Source: Eggerthellaceae bacterium
Lineage (GTDB): Bacteria; Actinomycetota; Coriobacteriia; Coriobacteriales; Eggerthellaceae
Direction of reading: 5' to 3'
NCBI GenBank assembly: GCA_963625925.1
Contig: CAVFVF010000003.1
Span: 2,476 to 66,475 of the forward strand
DNA: 64,000 nucleotides
In this document: in pieces, positions 9,326-17,841 of the stretch
Numbering within the stretch: the stretch's first letter is position 1
Layout of the letters: every line of letters begins with the position of its first letter
Made by a program: the position numbers and the translations under genes
Notes under the pieces: generated by a model
Seen by the model: only the letters and a program-made list of their open reading frames with translations
Told to the model about the DNA's origin: nothing
Database searches by the model: none

Positions 9326-10144
9326 ATGAGCATCGATGCGGTATTTGGCCGCTACATAACCAAAGATTCACCCGTCCACAAGATGGATCCGCGCGCTAAG
9401 CTTCTGCTTTCCATCCTGTTTATGGTGATGGTGTTTGCTGCAGGTGGCTACGCCTCGCTTGCTGTGGCGGCCGTATTTACCGCTGGCATGTTTGCGTTTT
9501 CGCGCATTTCGCTGCGACAGGCATTTGTTTCCATTGCGCCTTTGGCGATCTTGGTAGTGTGCACCGCGCTGCTCAACATATTCTTTGTGCAAGGCGGCGA
9601 TATCTACTTCCAGTTCGGCATTATCTGCATAAGCCAACAAGGCCTGCACCAGGCGGTATTCATTGCCATTCGCCTTACCATGCTGCTGTTGGGCGTGAGC
9701 CTGCTTACGCTTACCACCACCACGCTCGACCTTACCGATGGCTTTGAGCGTCTGATGCAGCCGTTCAAGCGCTTCGGCCTACCTGCCCACGAGCTTTCTA
9801 TGATGATGGGCATTGCGCTGCGCTTCTTGCCGCAGTTTGCCATCGAACTGCGCACCATCTACCGCGCTCAAATTAGCCGCGGCGCCAACTTCAGCACCAG
9901 CGCCAAAGGGTCGCTCGCACTTATGACTTCGCTGATTATTCCGCTGTTTACCAGCGCATTCCGCCATGCCGAAACACTTTCCTTGGCAATGGATGCGCGC
10001 TGCTACCACGGCGGCGAAAATCGCACGCGCCTAAGCGAGCTTTCCTTCAGCAAGCGCGATGCGCTCGGCACGGCGTACCTGCTGCTAGGCTGCGCCTGCG
10101 TTGTTGCATGCGATGTGGCTCTTTCCTTCTTTGGCCTTAAATAG
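9326..10144 (+). CDS. ecfT: ECF transporter transmembrane T component EcfT
   Basis: 272-aa polytopic protein with EcfT-like Arg-rich coupling helices (ALRFLP.., AFRHAETLSLAMDARCY). Follows ecfA2. Confidence 0.85.
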   Translation: MSIDAVFGRYITKDSPVHKMDPRAKLLLSILFMVMVFAAGGYASLAVAAVFTAGMFAFSRISLRQAFVSIAPLAILVVCTALLNIFFVQGGDIYFQFGIICISQQGLHQAVFIAIRLTMLLLGVSLLTLTTTTLDLTDGFERLMQPFKRFGLPAHELSMMMGIALRFLPQFAIELRTIYRAQISRGANFSTSAKGSLALMTSLIIPLFTSAFRHAETLSLAMDARCYHGGENRTRLSELSFSKRDALGTAYLLLGCACVVACDVALSFFGLK

Positions 10145-10156
10145 ATTGGAGCTGTA

Positions 10157-10561
10157 ATGGATGAGGTTTTGGAATACCTAACTTCGGTAAATGCCTGGTA
10201 CTTGGCAACCTGCGAAGGCGACCAGCCGCATGTTCGCCCCTTCAGCTTTGCTATGCGCGAAGGCAACACGCTGTGGTTTTGCACCGCAACCAACAAAGAT
10301 GTATACCGCCAGCTGCAGGCCAACCCCAAGTTCGAGCTAACCGCATGGAAGCCCGGACGCGGCTGGATTATCCTTACTGGCCAGGCCGATCTTAACGACA
10401 CCGCAGGCGAAGAAGTTCGTAAAGCAGGCTTTGAGCACATGACCGCACTGGGCGAAACCTATGAAGGCTGGGACGATGCGCGCCTGACGTTCTTCAGCTT
10501 GAAGCAAGGCGTTGCCCACATCGACGATATCGACGGCAGCTCTCGCAACATCGAGCTGTAG
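10157..10561 (+). CDS. Pyridoxamine 5'-phosphate oxidase-family (FMN-binding split-barrel) protein
   Basis: 134 aa. N-terminal pattern ..WYLATCEGDQPHVRPFSFAMREGNTLWFCT.. is typical of the PNPOx-like fold. RBS GGAG. Confidence 0.65.
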   Translation: MDEVLEYLTSVNAWYLATCEGDQPHVRPFSFAMREGNTLWFCTATNKDVYRQLQANPKFELTAWKPGRGWIILTGQADLNDTAGEEVRKAGFEHMTALGETYEGWDDARLTFFSLKQGVAHIDDIDGSSRNIEL

Positions 10562-10843
10562 GCCACCAAAGCTGCATTTGCCCACCTTTGGCGTACGCAT
10601 TCAGGGCAGGAGCAACCCTAAAACCAAAAAACGAGGGCTCTGTGTCAAATAATGCGCCTTGTGAATTAATCTAGCCCCCAAATAGGGGCTTTTTGCGCAT
10701 TATCGCCCGTCTGCAGCGGGTTTTTGCCGACCTGCATTTGCCCGCAATCAGCAAAACCCCAGGTCGGCAAATTTCAAACGCCGCCAAAAAATTCTTTTGG
10801 CGGCGTTTTTGCCACAAAGACCCCTTTTCCTGGTTTTGAGTGT

Positions 10844-10869
10844 AAAAAAGCCCGGTGTGGCCGGGCTTT
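10844..10869 (-). terminator. Terminator after aroK
   Basis: On the - strand: gcccggccacaccgggc followed by TTTTTT. Confidence 0.7.
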
Positions 10870-10898
10870 CGCTTTGCGAATTGAAAGGTAGGGTGCGC

Positions 10899-11417
10899 TT
10901 AGAGCATGCTTACCTGGTCGACAACTTTACGAGCTGCCTCGCGCACGCTCAGGCCATCGATATCGATGGTAACGTCGGCGTACTGCTCGTAGAGCGGCAA
11001 GCGCTCTTCATACAAGTCGGCCAAGCTCATGCCCATGCCGTTCTTCATAACAACGCCGCGCTCGTGCAGGCCACCCAAACGGCTTTCCAGCTCTTCGTAA
11101 GAAACCTTCAGGTACACAACCGTGCCGATTTCGGCCAAGTGCTTCATGGCTTCGTCGGAATACACTGCCGAGCCGCCCGTTGCAATAATGGCATGGCTGG
11201 CGGAAAGCGTGCACAAAACCTCGTTTTCAACCTCGATAAAGCCATCGGGACCGCAGGCATCGATGATTTTCTGCAGGGTTTTATCCAGCTTGCTCTGAAT
11301 AAGCAGGTCGGCATCGATGAACGAATAACCCAGAATCTTGGCAAGGACAACACCCAGGGTAGACTTGCCGGCGCCCGGCATGCCAATAAGGATGATGTTT
11401 TCCATGGTGTTAGTCAT
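10899..11417 (-). CDS. aroK: Shikimate kinase
   Basis: Walker A GMPGAGKST near the N-terminus and AroK-like length. I prefer the ATG at 11417 (AGGAG 6 nt upstream) over the track start at 11444. Confidence 0.85.
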   Translation of the reverse strand: MTNTMENIILIGMPGAGKSTLGVVLAKILGYSFIDADLLIQSKLDKTLQKIIDACGPDGFIEVENEVLCTLSASHAIIATGGSAVYSDEAMKHLAEIGTVVYLKVSYEELESRLGGLHERGVVMKNGMGMSLADLYEERLPLYEQYADVTIDIDGLSVREAARKVVDQVSML

Positions 11418-12363
11418 GAGGTTGCTCCTGTTTCCATTTGTCACGTTTAGCAGAAACTATAGCACGTTTGGCTTCGACCCTTGGAGCCACCACTTCGTTA
11501 ACCAAGATGGCCGAAAAGATAAGCGCAAAACCCACCAAAAGCTGGCCGGTAACCACCTCGCCGTACAGCAAAATCGAAAACAGAACGCCAAACACCGATT
11601 CCAAACTTAAGAAAAGCGATGCCTGGGTTGGCGGCACGTAGGCCAGCGAAACATTCTGTATGCCAAAGGCGATAACCGAAGCGAACACAATAAGAAACGC
11701 CATCTGGGCCACGATGGTTATATCAATGGCGCTAAGCGGCGGGAAGGTTTCAAAGCACGCGCCCAGACCCATGCCGAATAAGCCTTCGAACAGGAACTGG
11801 AACACGGTGAGCACCAGCACATCCAAGTTCGTGGACATACGCGAAACCAGCGTGATATGGATGGCAAACATCAGCGCGCACAACAGGGTAAAGCCCTCGC
11901 CTGGGCCCAGGCCAAGCGTCCCAGCGGAGCCATTGGTGGAAACCATATAAATGCCGCCCACAGCAATGAAGGCAGCTATAACGTTTAAAGGAAGCGGGCG
12001 TCTTTGGGCAATAACCCACCAGGTAAAGGGCACAATGACGCAATACGTCGCCGTAAGAAAGGCATTAATGCCCGGCGTAGTGTACAAAAGGCCAATAGTC
12101 TGCGTTAAAAAGGCCAGAAAGTCGAATACGGCCAGCAGCGCACCGCATGCCACCATACGCAGCGAAAAATGCTGTGCCACGCGCTTGTGCAGCACCACCA
12201 GCAAGATAAGGCCCGCTACAAAAAAGCGAATGCCGATAAGCCACGAAGGCGGCATCACTTCCACCACCTGCTTCATAAGCACAAAGCTCAAGCCCCAGAT
12301 GGTGGTGGCAAAAACAATTAGCAGCTTATAAACCCACGTGGGAATTGCCGAAAGCGAAACCAC
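11410..12363 (-). CDS. DMT-superfamily (EamA-like) transporter
   Basis: 317 aa with ten hydrophobic segments in two EamA-like halves. Its GTG start overlaps the upstream stop (TAGTG). Confidence 0.8.
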   Translation of the reverse strand: MVSLSAIPTWVYKLLIVFATTIWGLSFVLMKQVVEVMPPSWLIGIRFFVAGLILLVVLHKRVAQHFSLRMVACGALLAVFDFLAFLTQTIGLLYTTPGINAFLTATYCVIVPFTWWVIAQRRPLPLNVIAAFIAVGGIYMVSTNGSAGTLGLGPGEGFTLLCALMFAIHITLVSRMSTNLDVLVLTVFQFLFEGLFGMGLGACFETFPPLSAIDITIVAQMAFLIVFASVIAFGIQNVSLAYVPPTQASLFLSLESVFGVLFSILLYGEVVTGQLLVGFALIFSAILVNEVVAPRVEAKRAIVSAKRDKWKQEQPHD

Positions 12364-14348
12364 TAGCGTGCGCCGCCTCCGCCGCCAAAGCCGCCGCCTC
12401 CGCCGCCGCTAAAGCCGCCACCAAAGCCGCCGCCGCTCGAGGAGCCGCCGGAAAGAGCGCTTTGAACAGCCTGCATCGAATCGACGAGGGAAGCTTCCAG
12501 CATCGAGCTGAAGTCGGGCATATCAAGCCCTTGGCCATAGCCATACGGGTGATACCAAACCCACCACGGCACGTAAGTGGGGTTGGAAGCCAGCTGCTGG
12601 TCTACGTTGAACATTTCGGGCACAGCCTTCTGCAGCTCGGCGATGGCTTCCTTGGCCACGCCGAAGATGAAGGCATACACCATAAATTCGCCCCAAACCT
12701 TTACATCGGTAGTGGGACGCTCGTTCAAAGCCGAAAATTCCGTGAGCCACTTTTTCAACGCGCCGCAACGGGCAAACGCGTCGGCGCCCTTCTGCGTACG
12801 GCGGCTCATAAAGCGCGAAACCACAAACAGGGCAATGGCGGTAATAACGCACGGAATGATAACCAGCAAGTTGCCCACAATCGCGGCGATAAAAATGCTC
12901 AGGCAAAACAGCGCTGCAGCAACAACGGTCATGCTCACGGTTTTGGAATTGGAATAGCCTTCGATGTATTCGCCGGCATTGGTGTGCGCGGTTACCAGCC
13001 CCTGCCAGGCCATCATTTCAGAATTGAAGCGCTGCGGATCGGCTTCGCCAAACGCTTTGATGTTGCCAAGCCAAATAGACTGCTGGCCTTCGCCAATAAC
13101 ATCGAACAAGAAGCTCATGGCCTTGCGGTCGATTTCGCTGTTAAGGGAAAGCTCCACCTGTGGCACGCGAGTGATGTAGTAATCGGAAACCTTCTTGGTT
13201 CCCAGCAGACCCTTCTTGTCGTATTCGCCCTTGTTGATGAGCAATGCACCAGCATTGGCCAAATGCATGATGGTGGCCGAGAAATCACTGGGCTCTTCTT
13301 TGCCGAAGCGCCATACGCGGCCCACGACAGCGGGATGCTCTCCTTCGATGGGCACATCGCGCCAATATGTATCGGTAAAGTTGGGCTTTAGCTCCTTGCC
13401 GTAGCGAATAAATGAGCGAATTCCCCAGGCCAGAAGGGCAATGCATAGCAGCACCACAACAACCAAACCGCCCGTTTGCGTTGCACGTTTAGCGTTGGCT
13501 TGATCGGCCCAGGTTTGCTCTTCGGAAAGCACACTATCAAGGCGCGCGGTGGATTCGTGCTTATTTGCCGCCTTGGCGCCAACGGTAAGCCATGCGGTGG
13601 GGAACACCACGCGGGCTTCGGCATAGTTGCCCGCGGTGGTGCGCGGAACCTTGTAGGTAACGGTGCCTTCTTCAGCGTTGATAGCAACCGTGGCATCGAG
13701 CGGGCCATGGCCCCAAGCGCGCACGTTTTCGCCAGCGGTTACCGTTTGGCCAGCGGCAACGGGCAAATGCAGCGTCATGGTTACGTTTTCGGAATCTTCA
13801 GCCCAATTGCTGCCCACAAACTGCCAGTACAGCTCGCCCACATCGGAATACGACTGAGCGGCCAGCTTTACCGTGTAGTCCAGCTGAACCACAATGTTTT
13901 GGTCGGCCTTGTTAAAGAAGACGTACACCGTGTTCTGCGGTTCGTCGAATGAATACGAGGTGTTACCTGGCCCGCCAGAACTGCGCCACTTCGCCTGGAA
14001 GGGCGTGCTGGAAAGGGTGTTTAGGCTTGCATTGGCGTTGCCCTCAGAATCAAGATCGGCCATGCCAACGCCATTGACTTGCACCGAAGCGCCCGTAGGA
14101 AGGTCATTGCCAAGCTCCCACCAAACGGCAGTATAGGACCCGTTGAAGTTGAACTGGCGCTGCTCCACCACATGAAGATCGCCATTTTCCTGGATGGTGG
14201 CATCGATAGTGGTTTGGGGCATGGTATACGATTTAGCCTGCGCCTGCTGCGGAAAGGCAAACAGAACGCCCAACAGGGCCAGGGCGAAAACGAACAAGGC
14301 CGCAAAGCGGAATTGCGCGTTTTTTTCGACAAAAGCATGTTTTTGCAC
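12363..14348 (-). CDS. DUF2207-family membrane protein with Gly-rich C-terminus
   Basis: 661 aa. Signal/anchor, large extracytoplasmic N-domain, TM cluster, then a C-terminal GGGFGGGFSGGGGGGFGGGGG tail typical of DUF2207. GTG start 7 nt after AAGGAG. Confidence 0.75.
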   Translation of the reverse strand: MQKHAFVEKNAQFRFAALFVFALALLGVLFAFPQQAQAKSYTMPQTTIDATIQENGDLHVVEQRQFNFNGSYTAVWWELGNDLPTGASVQVNGVGMADLDSEGNANASLNTLSSTPFQAKWRSSGGPGNTSYSFDEPQNTVYVFFNKADQNIVVQLDYTVKLAAQSYSDVGELYWQFVGSNWAEDSENVTMTLHLPVAAGQTVTAGENVRAWGHGPLDATVAINAEEGTVTYKVPRTTAGNYAEARVVFPTAWLTVGAKAANKHESTARLDSVLSEEQTWADQANAKRATQTGGLVVVVLLCIALLAWGIRSFIRYGKELKPNFTDTYWRDVPIEGEHPAVVGRVWRFGKEEPSDFSATIMHLANAGALLINKGEYDKKGLLGTKKVSDYYITRVPQVELSLNSEIDRKAMSFLFDVIGEGQQSIWLGNIKAFGEADPQRFNSEMMAWQGLVTAHTNAGEYIEGYSNSKTVSMTVVAAALFCLSIFIAAIVGNLLVIIPCVITAIALFVVSRFMSRRTQKGADAFARCGALKKWLTEFSALNERPTTDVKVWGEFMVYAFIFGVAKEAIAELQKAVPEMFNVDQQLASNPTYVPWWVWYHPYGYGQGLDMPDFSSMLEASLVDSMQAVQSALSGGSSSGGGFGGGFSGGGGGGFGGGGGAR

Positions 14349-14404
14349 TGCTCTGCTCCTTGCAAGATACGAGTGGGCGGGTTATCATTTCAATTCGCAT
14401 ATAC

Positions 14405-14495
14405 GGAGAGCTGACCGAGAGGCCGAAGGTGCTCGCCTGCTAAGCGAGTATACGCCAAAAGCGTATCTGGGGTTCGAATCCCCAGCTCTCCGCCA
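14405..14495 (+). tRNA. tRNA-Ser (anticodon GCT) with long variable arm, CCA encoded
   Basis: Acceptor GGAGAGC/GCTCTCC, anticodon stem CTCGC/GCGAG with loop CTGCTAA, long variable arm tatacgcc-aaaa-gcgtatc, T-arm CTGGGGTTCGAATCCCCAG. Confidence 0.9.
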
Positions 14496-14506
14496 CCGAA
14501 TGCAAC

Positions 14507-14532
14507 GAGCACGGAAACCCCGTGCTCTTTTT
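14507..14532 (+). terminator. Terminator after tRNA-Ser(GCT)
   Basis: Hairpin gagcacgg-aaac-cccgtgctc followed by TTTTT. Confidence 0.7.
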
Positions 14533-14976
14533 GTTTTTCAGCACCGTTACTGGGGATTCGAACCGGTGAGGTGGAATTCCGTTAAGAAAACGTGCCAGTG
14601 GCACGTTTTTAGGAATTCGCCCGACCGAGCCTGCGAGGGAGGGGCAGATTGGCGGAGCCAATCGAATCCCCAGCTCTCCGCCAGATTGTATTACGCCGCC
14701 CTAACGGGGCGGCGTTTTTTCGTATGAGGCGCAATGACGCTGCGGTTGCCTCCAGCACGCCATCTTCGCACGATCGCAGCGGCTTGCGTACCAAAGTACG
14801 CGTCGCCACTGTGCTCGCACGAATCTGACGCACTGGCCGCACCCTCGCTGTTTCGTCCAACAATGCGCGCTTCCAACCCCGTGCTCTTTTTGTTTTTCAG
14901 CACCGTTACTGGGGATTCGAACGCAGGTCTACTCCAGGCAGAATTACGCCGCCCTAACGGGGCGGCGTTTTTTCGT
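14516..14976. repeat. Repeat field: a 48-bp unit twice (14516-14563, 14875-14922) and a 34-bp terminator-containing unit twice (14690-14723, 14943-14976)
   Basis: Both pairs are identical by direct reading. The 48-mer contains an inverted copy of the tRNA T-loop segment (ggggattcgaac). The 34-mer contains cgccgccc-taac-ggggcggcg plus T6. Confidence 0.85.
14662..14683 (+). repeat. Exact 22-bp duplicate of the tRNA-Ser(GCT) 3' end (att-like direct repeat or tRNA relic)
   Basis: tcgaatccccagctctccgcca is identical to 14474-14495. The 60 nt upstream only loosely resemble the tRNA body, and the 5' acceptor strand cannot pair. Confidence 0.8.
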
Positions 14977-15033
14977 CCCTGTGCCAATGACGTGCAATAA
15001 TAGGTTTATTAGCATGCGTTAAGGGAGGCCGTC

Positions 15034-15264
15034 ATGGGTTTTCTTCAGAACCTTTTTAAAAGCAATGGCTCGTTTGGGCTGGAGCAGAAAAGCGGCAACA
15101 TGCGCTACGACCTTACGCAGCCGGGCAACAACCCTACGTTTATCTTGAGCGAAAACGGCAATGTGCGCACCGTTGTCAGGCCCGATGGCCAAATTGCCCA
15201 GGAATGGGAAAACGGCAACCTGCGCTTTTCTTCCGACAAAAACGGCTTCGATACGCTTCTGTAG
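15034..15264 (+). CDS. Small hypothetical protein with three GN(M/V/L)R repeats
   Basis: 76-aa ORF with GGGAGG 7 nt upstream of the ATG. Internal repeats SGNMRYD / NGNVRTV / NGNLRFS occur at ~22-aa spacing. Confidence 0.5.
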   Translation: MGFLQNLFKSNGSFGLEQKSGNMRYDLTQPGNNPTFILSENGNVRTVVRPDGQIAQEWENGNLRFSSDKNGFDTLL

Positions 15265-15273
15265 CTAGACCAA

Positions 15274-15303
15274 GCATAAAAAAGGCCGCCCGAAGGCGGC
15301 CCT
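15274..15303 (-). terminator. Terminator; 30-mer identical to 18471-18500
   Basis: The - strand reads agggccgcc-ttcg-ggcggcc then TTTTTT. Confidence 0.7.
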
Positions 15304-15438
15304 TCCATTCTTGCTCTAGTACACCTCGCATCGGTGTCCGTGCAGCATCTGAATAGCCAAATCCCCAGAGGCGGCCCTTCCATTCTTGCTCTAGCACACC
15401 TCGCATCGGTGTCCGTGCAGTATCTGAATAGCCAAATC
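15295..15438. repeat. Tandem 69-bp repeat, two copies at a 75-bp period
   Basis: 15295-15363 and 15370-15438 match at 67/69 positions. Each copy contains the hairpin acacc-tcgcatc-ggtgt. They lie between the oxidoreductase stop and its terminator. Confidence 0.9.
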
Positions 15439-15452
15439 GGCCTTTCGTAACG

Positions 15453-16676
15453 CTAATCCTGCGTGCGGCCCATGATCTTGTTGGCTGCATATATGCCAGA
15501 AATGCAGGCAGGCTCCATACCTAGGCCGTTGATGTCGCCAGCCATGATCAAGCCCTTGTCCAGATTCTGCGGAAGCGCCTCATGCGCGGCGGTGTACAGG
15601 GCATATTCCCAATACTTCTTTCCCAGCACTTCCCATTCGTCAAAGTACAAATCAAAGCGACGCATGCACTCAAAGTCGATTTCGGTAAATACCTCAAAGT
15701 CGCCGTCGAAGCGCTTGGCGATATAAATAATTGGGATAGTGTCATCGAACAAATGCACCGAGTGGCTGCGGTACTTCGGCTTTATTTTGCCGCGCACCAA
15801 ATAGCCCGTAAGCTCAGAGGCTTTACGTATATCCAGCTCGGGCAGGCCAGGTACGGGCGCCAATAGCTGCTTGGTAATATGGGCCGGGCTTGCCATCACC
15901 AAATTTTCGCAGGTAAACACCTTGCCGCCTTGGGTAGAAACCTTCCAGCCCTCCCCTTCCTTGGCAACTGTCGAAACCTCATCGATAAGCACGTTGCCCG
16001 ACCCTTCGGCCAAACGAGCCTTGGTGCCTTCGGAGTCGAAATCGAAGCGCTTCAAGCAGAACAGCAACTTCATCGGAGGAATCTGCATGGTTAAGGGCTG
16101 CACGGTGTTCAGGTAGTCCAGCGCCGTTAAGTCCTTAATCTTGGTTCCCGTACAAGCATGGGCAAACATGCTGATGAGATCATGCGCAATAGGACCAAAT
16201 CCCATACGCTCAATCATGTGCTCAGCCGATTCTGTATAGAGTTCGCGAATAAGCGGGTCCTTTTCAAGCGCGGCTTGCACCTCCATCACGGTGCAGTTGT
16301 CTTTGAATCGCGTATAAGCGGGAATGAATTCTTCACGCATCCACTTCATATAACGCAGCAGACTGGGCGCATCGGTTGCCGTGGTAAACGAAATGGGCGG
16401 ATACTGCGAGCCGTCGTCGTGATGGCAGCAGCCTTGCGAAAGACTTGGCAGCACGTCGGGGCCCTCGATGAGCAGTCCACTTTGAAGCATGTACTTGTAC
16501 GTACCGAAATAAAACACAGCGCCGTAGTTCATATGACGCTCTTCATCGTTACAGATGCGACCACCAATGTTAGGACTGATGAGCAAATATTCGCGATTGT
16601 TTTTCTGCAGCTCCAAGCAGCAGTTCATACCTGCCGCGCCGGCGCCCACAACAATAGATTCGTAGTCGTAAGCCAT
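15453..16676 (-). CDS. NAD(P)/FAD-dependent oxidoreductase (amine-oxidase/desaturase-like fold)
   Basis: N-terminal dinucleotide motif VVGAGAAGMNC from the ATG at 16676 (GAGGGAGA upstream). The track start at 16802 looks like an artefactual extension. Substrate unknown. Confidence 0.7.
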   Translation of the reverse strand: MAYDYESIVVGAGAAGMNCCLELQKNNREYLLISPNIGGRICNDEERHMNYGAVFYFGTYKYMLQSGLLIEGPDVLPSLSQGCCHHDDGSQYPPISFTTATDAPSLLRYMKWMREEFIPAYTRFKDNCTVMEVQAALEKDPLIRELYTESAEHMIERMGFGPIAHDLISMFAHACTGTKIKDLTALDYLNTVQPLTMQIPPMKLLFCLKRFDFDSEGTKARLAEGSGNVLIDEVSTVAKEGEGWKVSTQGGKVFTCENLVMASPAHITKQLLAPVPGLPELDIRKASELTGYLVRGKIKPKYRSHSVHLFDDTIPIIYIAKRFDGDFEVFTEIDFECMRRFDLYFDEWEVLGKKYWEYALYTAAHEALPQNLDKGLIMAGDINGLGMEPACISGIYAANKIMGRTQD

Positions 16677-16719
16677 TTTTATCTCCCTCGTTTCTTGTTT
16701 GATACTTCGCTTTATTCCC

Positions 16720-17745
16720 CTAGTCGAAGTAACGCTTGCGGAAGTTACGACAGCCTTCAGAAAGCTTAGTGATGGTTTCCATGCAGCATCGACCCATAAC
16801 AATCGAAGCAGTGCCCAGGATAAACACTACAAAGTACTTGTGAATGGGCGTGCGCAGGAAGGGGTCGAACACGCAATCGCAACGATAGATAAAGCGCGAC
16901 TGCTTTTCGTTGATGGGGTAAACCTCCCAGTTCCACGTCCAAGCAAAACGCTTGAACCACAAACGCAGGGCGCCTTCCTGGTTGGGGCCGCGATCTTTCC
17001 AGGTGGGGTCACAGGCAGTGTCAGAGTGGGCGGCCCAATAGTAATGACCGTTTTCGCCATTCGAACAGTCGGTAACCCATTCGCCGATGGAAAGCGGTGC
17101 CTGATGGAACCACTGGAATTCGCCCGTATGCAGGTTTTGCCATTCGGGGTACTTGGTGTAGTCGTAATGATTGCGAATATCGAAGGTGAACAGGCGTTCC
17201 AAGCGCTCAAAGCTATACCAGCCGCCCTTCGACTGTCCCGCCTGCATCATATAAGGCCAAATCTGTTCAGGCGTTGCGTTCACCGTGATGCCGCCATCGT
17301 AGCGAAGCTTCTTATCGGTGGGCTTGAAATGATCGTCGCCCTTCATCACATAGGCGCGCTCAGCGTCGGTCATCTTGGTACGCAGGCCGTAAATCCAAAG
17401 CATCGAAAGAATGATGAAGCACACACCGCAAATGCACCAGAGCACGCTCCATACTGTAACGCCCGGGCCAAACAGACCCTGAACAGGGTCAACGTAATTG
17501 CTGGTAACCGCCATAACGAAGCGAACCACCACATCGATACCCCAGCCGATAAGTCCATACCAGATAGCCTCGGCGCTGCATTCCATCATCTTCTTGCGAT
17601 GGCCAATGGCCCAACAAATAAGCACGCCAATAATACCGAGCACAAAGCCCAGCACCACAAACAGCGCTTTCGTGCCCTTCGAGAACCTGTCGATGAACCG
17701 AGGCGTACCCTCGGGCATCGAAGGCAGATTTCCATTTGCAGCCAT
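16720..17745 (-). CDS. Membrane-anchored SRPBCC (START/Bet v1-like) domain protein
   Basis: ATG at 17745 is preceded by AAGGAGGAGGGAG. Three N-terminal TM segments, then an SRPBCC-like block (ITVNATPEQIWPYMMQAGQSKGGWYSFERLE). Confidence 0.6.
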   Translation of the reverse strand: MAANGNLPSMPEGTPRFIDRFSKGTKALFVVLGFVLGIIGVLICWAIGHRKKMMECSAEAIWYGLIGWGIDVVVRFVMAVTSNYVDPVQGLFGPGVTVWSVLWCICGVCFIILSMLWIYGLRTKMTDAERAYVMKGDDHFKPTDKKLRYDGGITVNATPEQIWPYMMQAGQSKGGWYSFERLERLFTFDIRNHYDYTKYPEWQNLHTGEFQWFHQAPLSIGEWVTDCSNGENGHYYWAAHSDTACDPTWKDRGPNQEGALRLWFKRFAWTWNWEVYPINEKQSRFIYRCDCVFDPFLRTPIHKYFVVFILGTASIVMGRCCMETITKLSEGCRNFRKRYFD

Positions 17746-17841
17746 AGTTGCTCCCTCCTCCTTAGGGCCGCTCCACCGGCCCTCCATTGCTTGCTAGCGT
17801 AATAAGCCAGCAAACCTTCCGCGCCTGGCGCGCAGGCTTGC

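Noticed and set aside
14596-14683. A second, functional tRNA-Ser gene.
   Set aside because: Only the 3' 22 nt match a tRNA. The putative 5' acceptor strand (ggaattc) cannot pair with gctctcc, and no credible D or anticodon arms can be drawn. I treat it as a relic or att-like duplicate.
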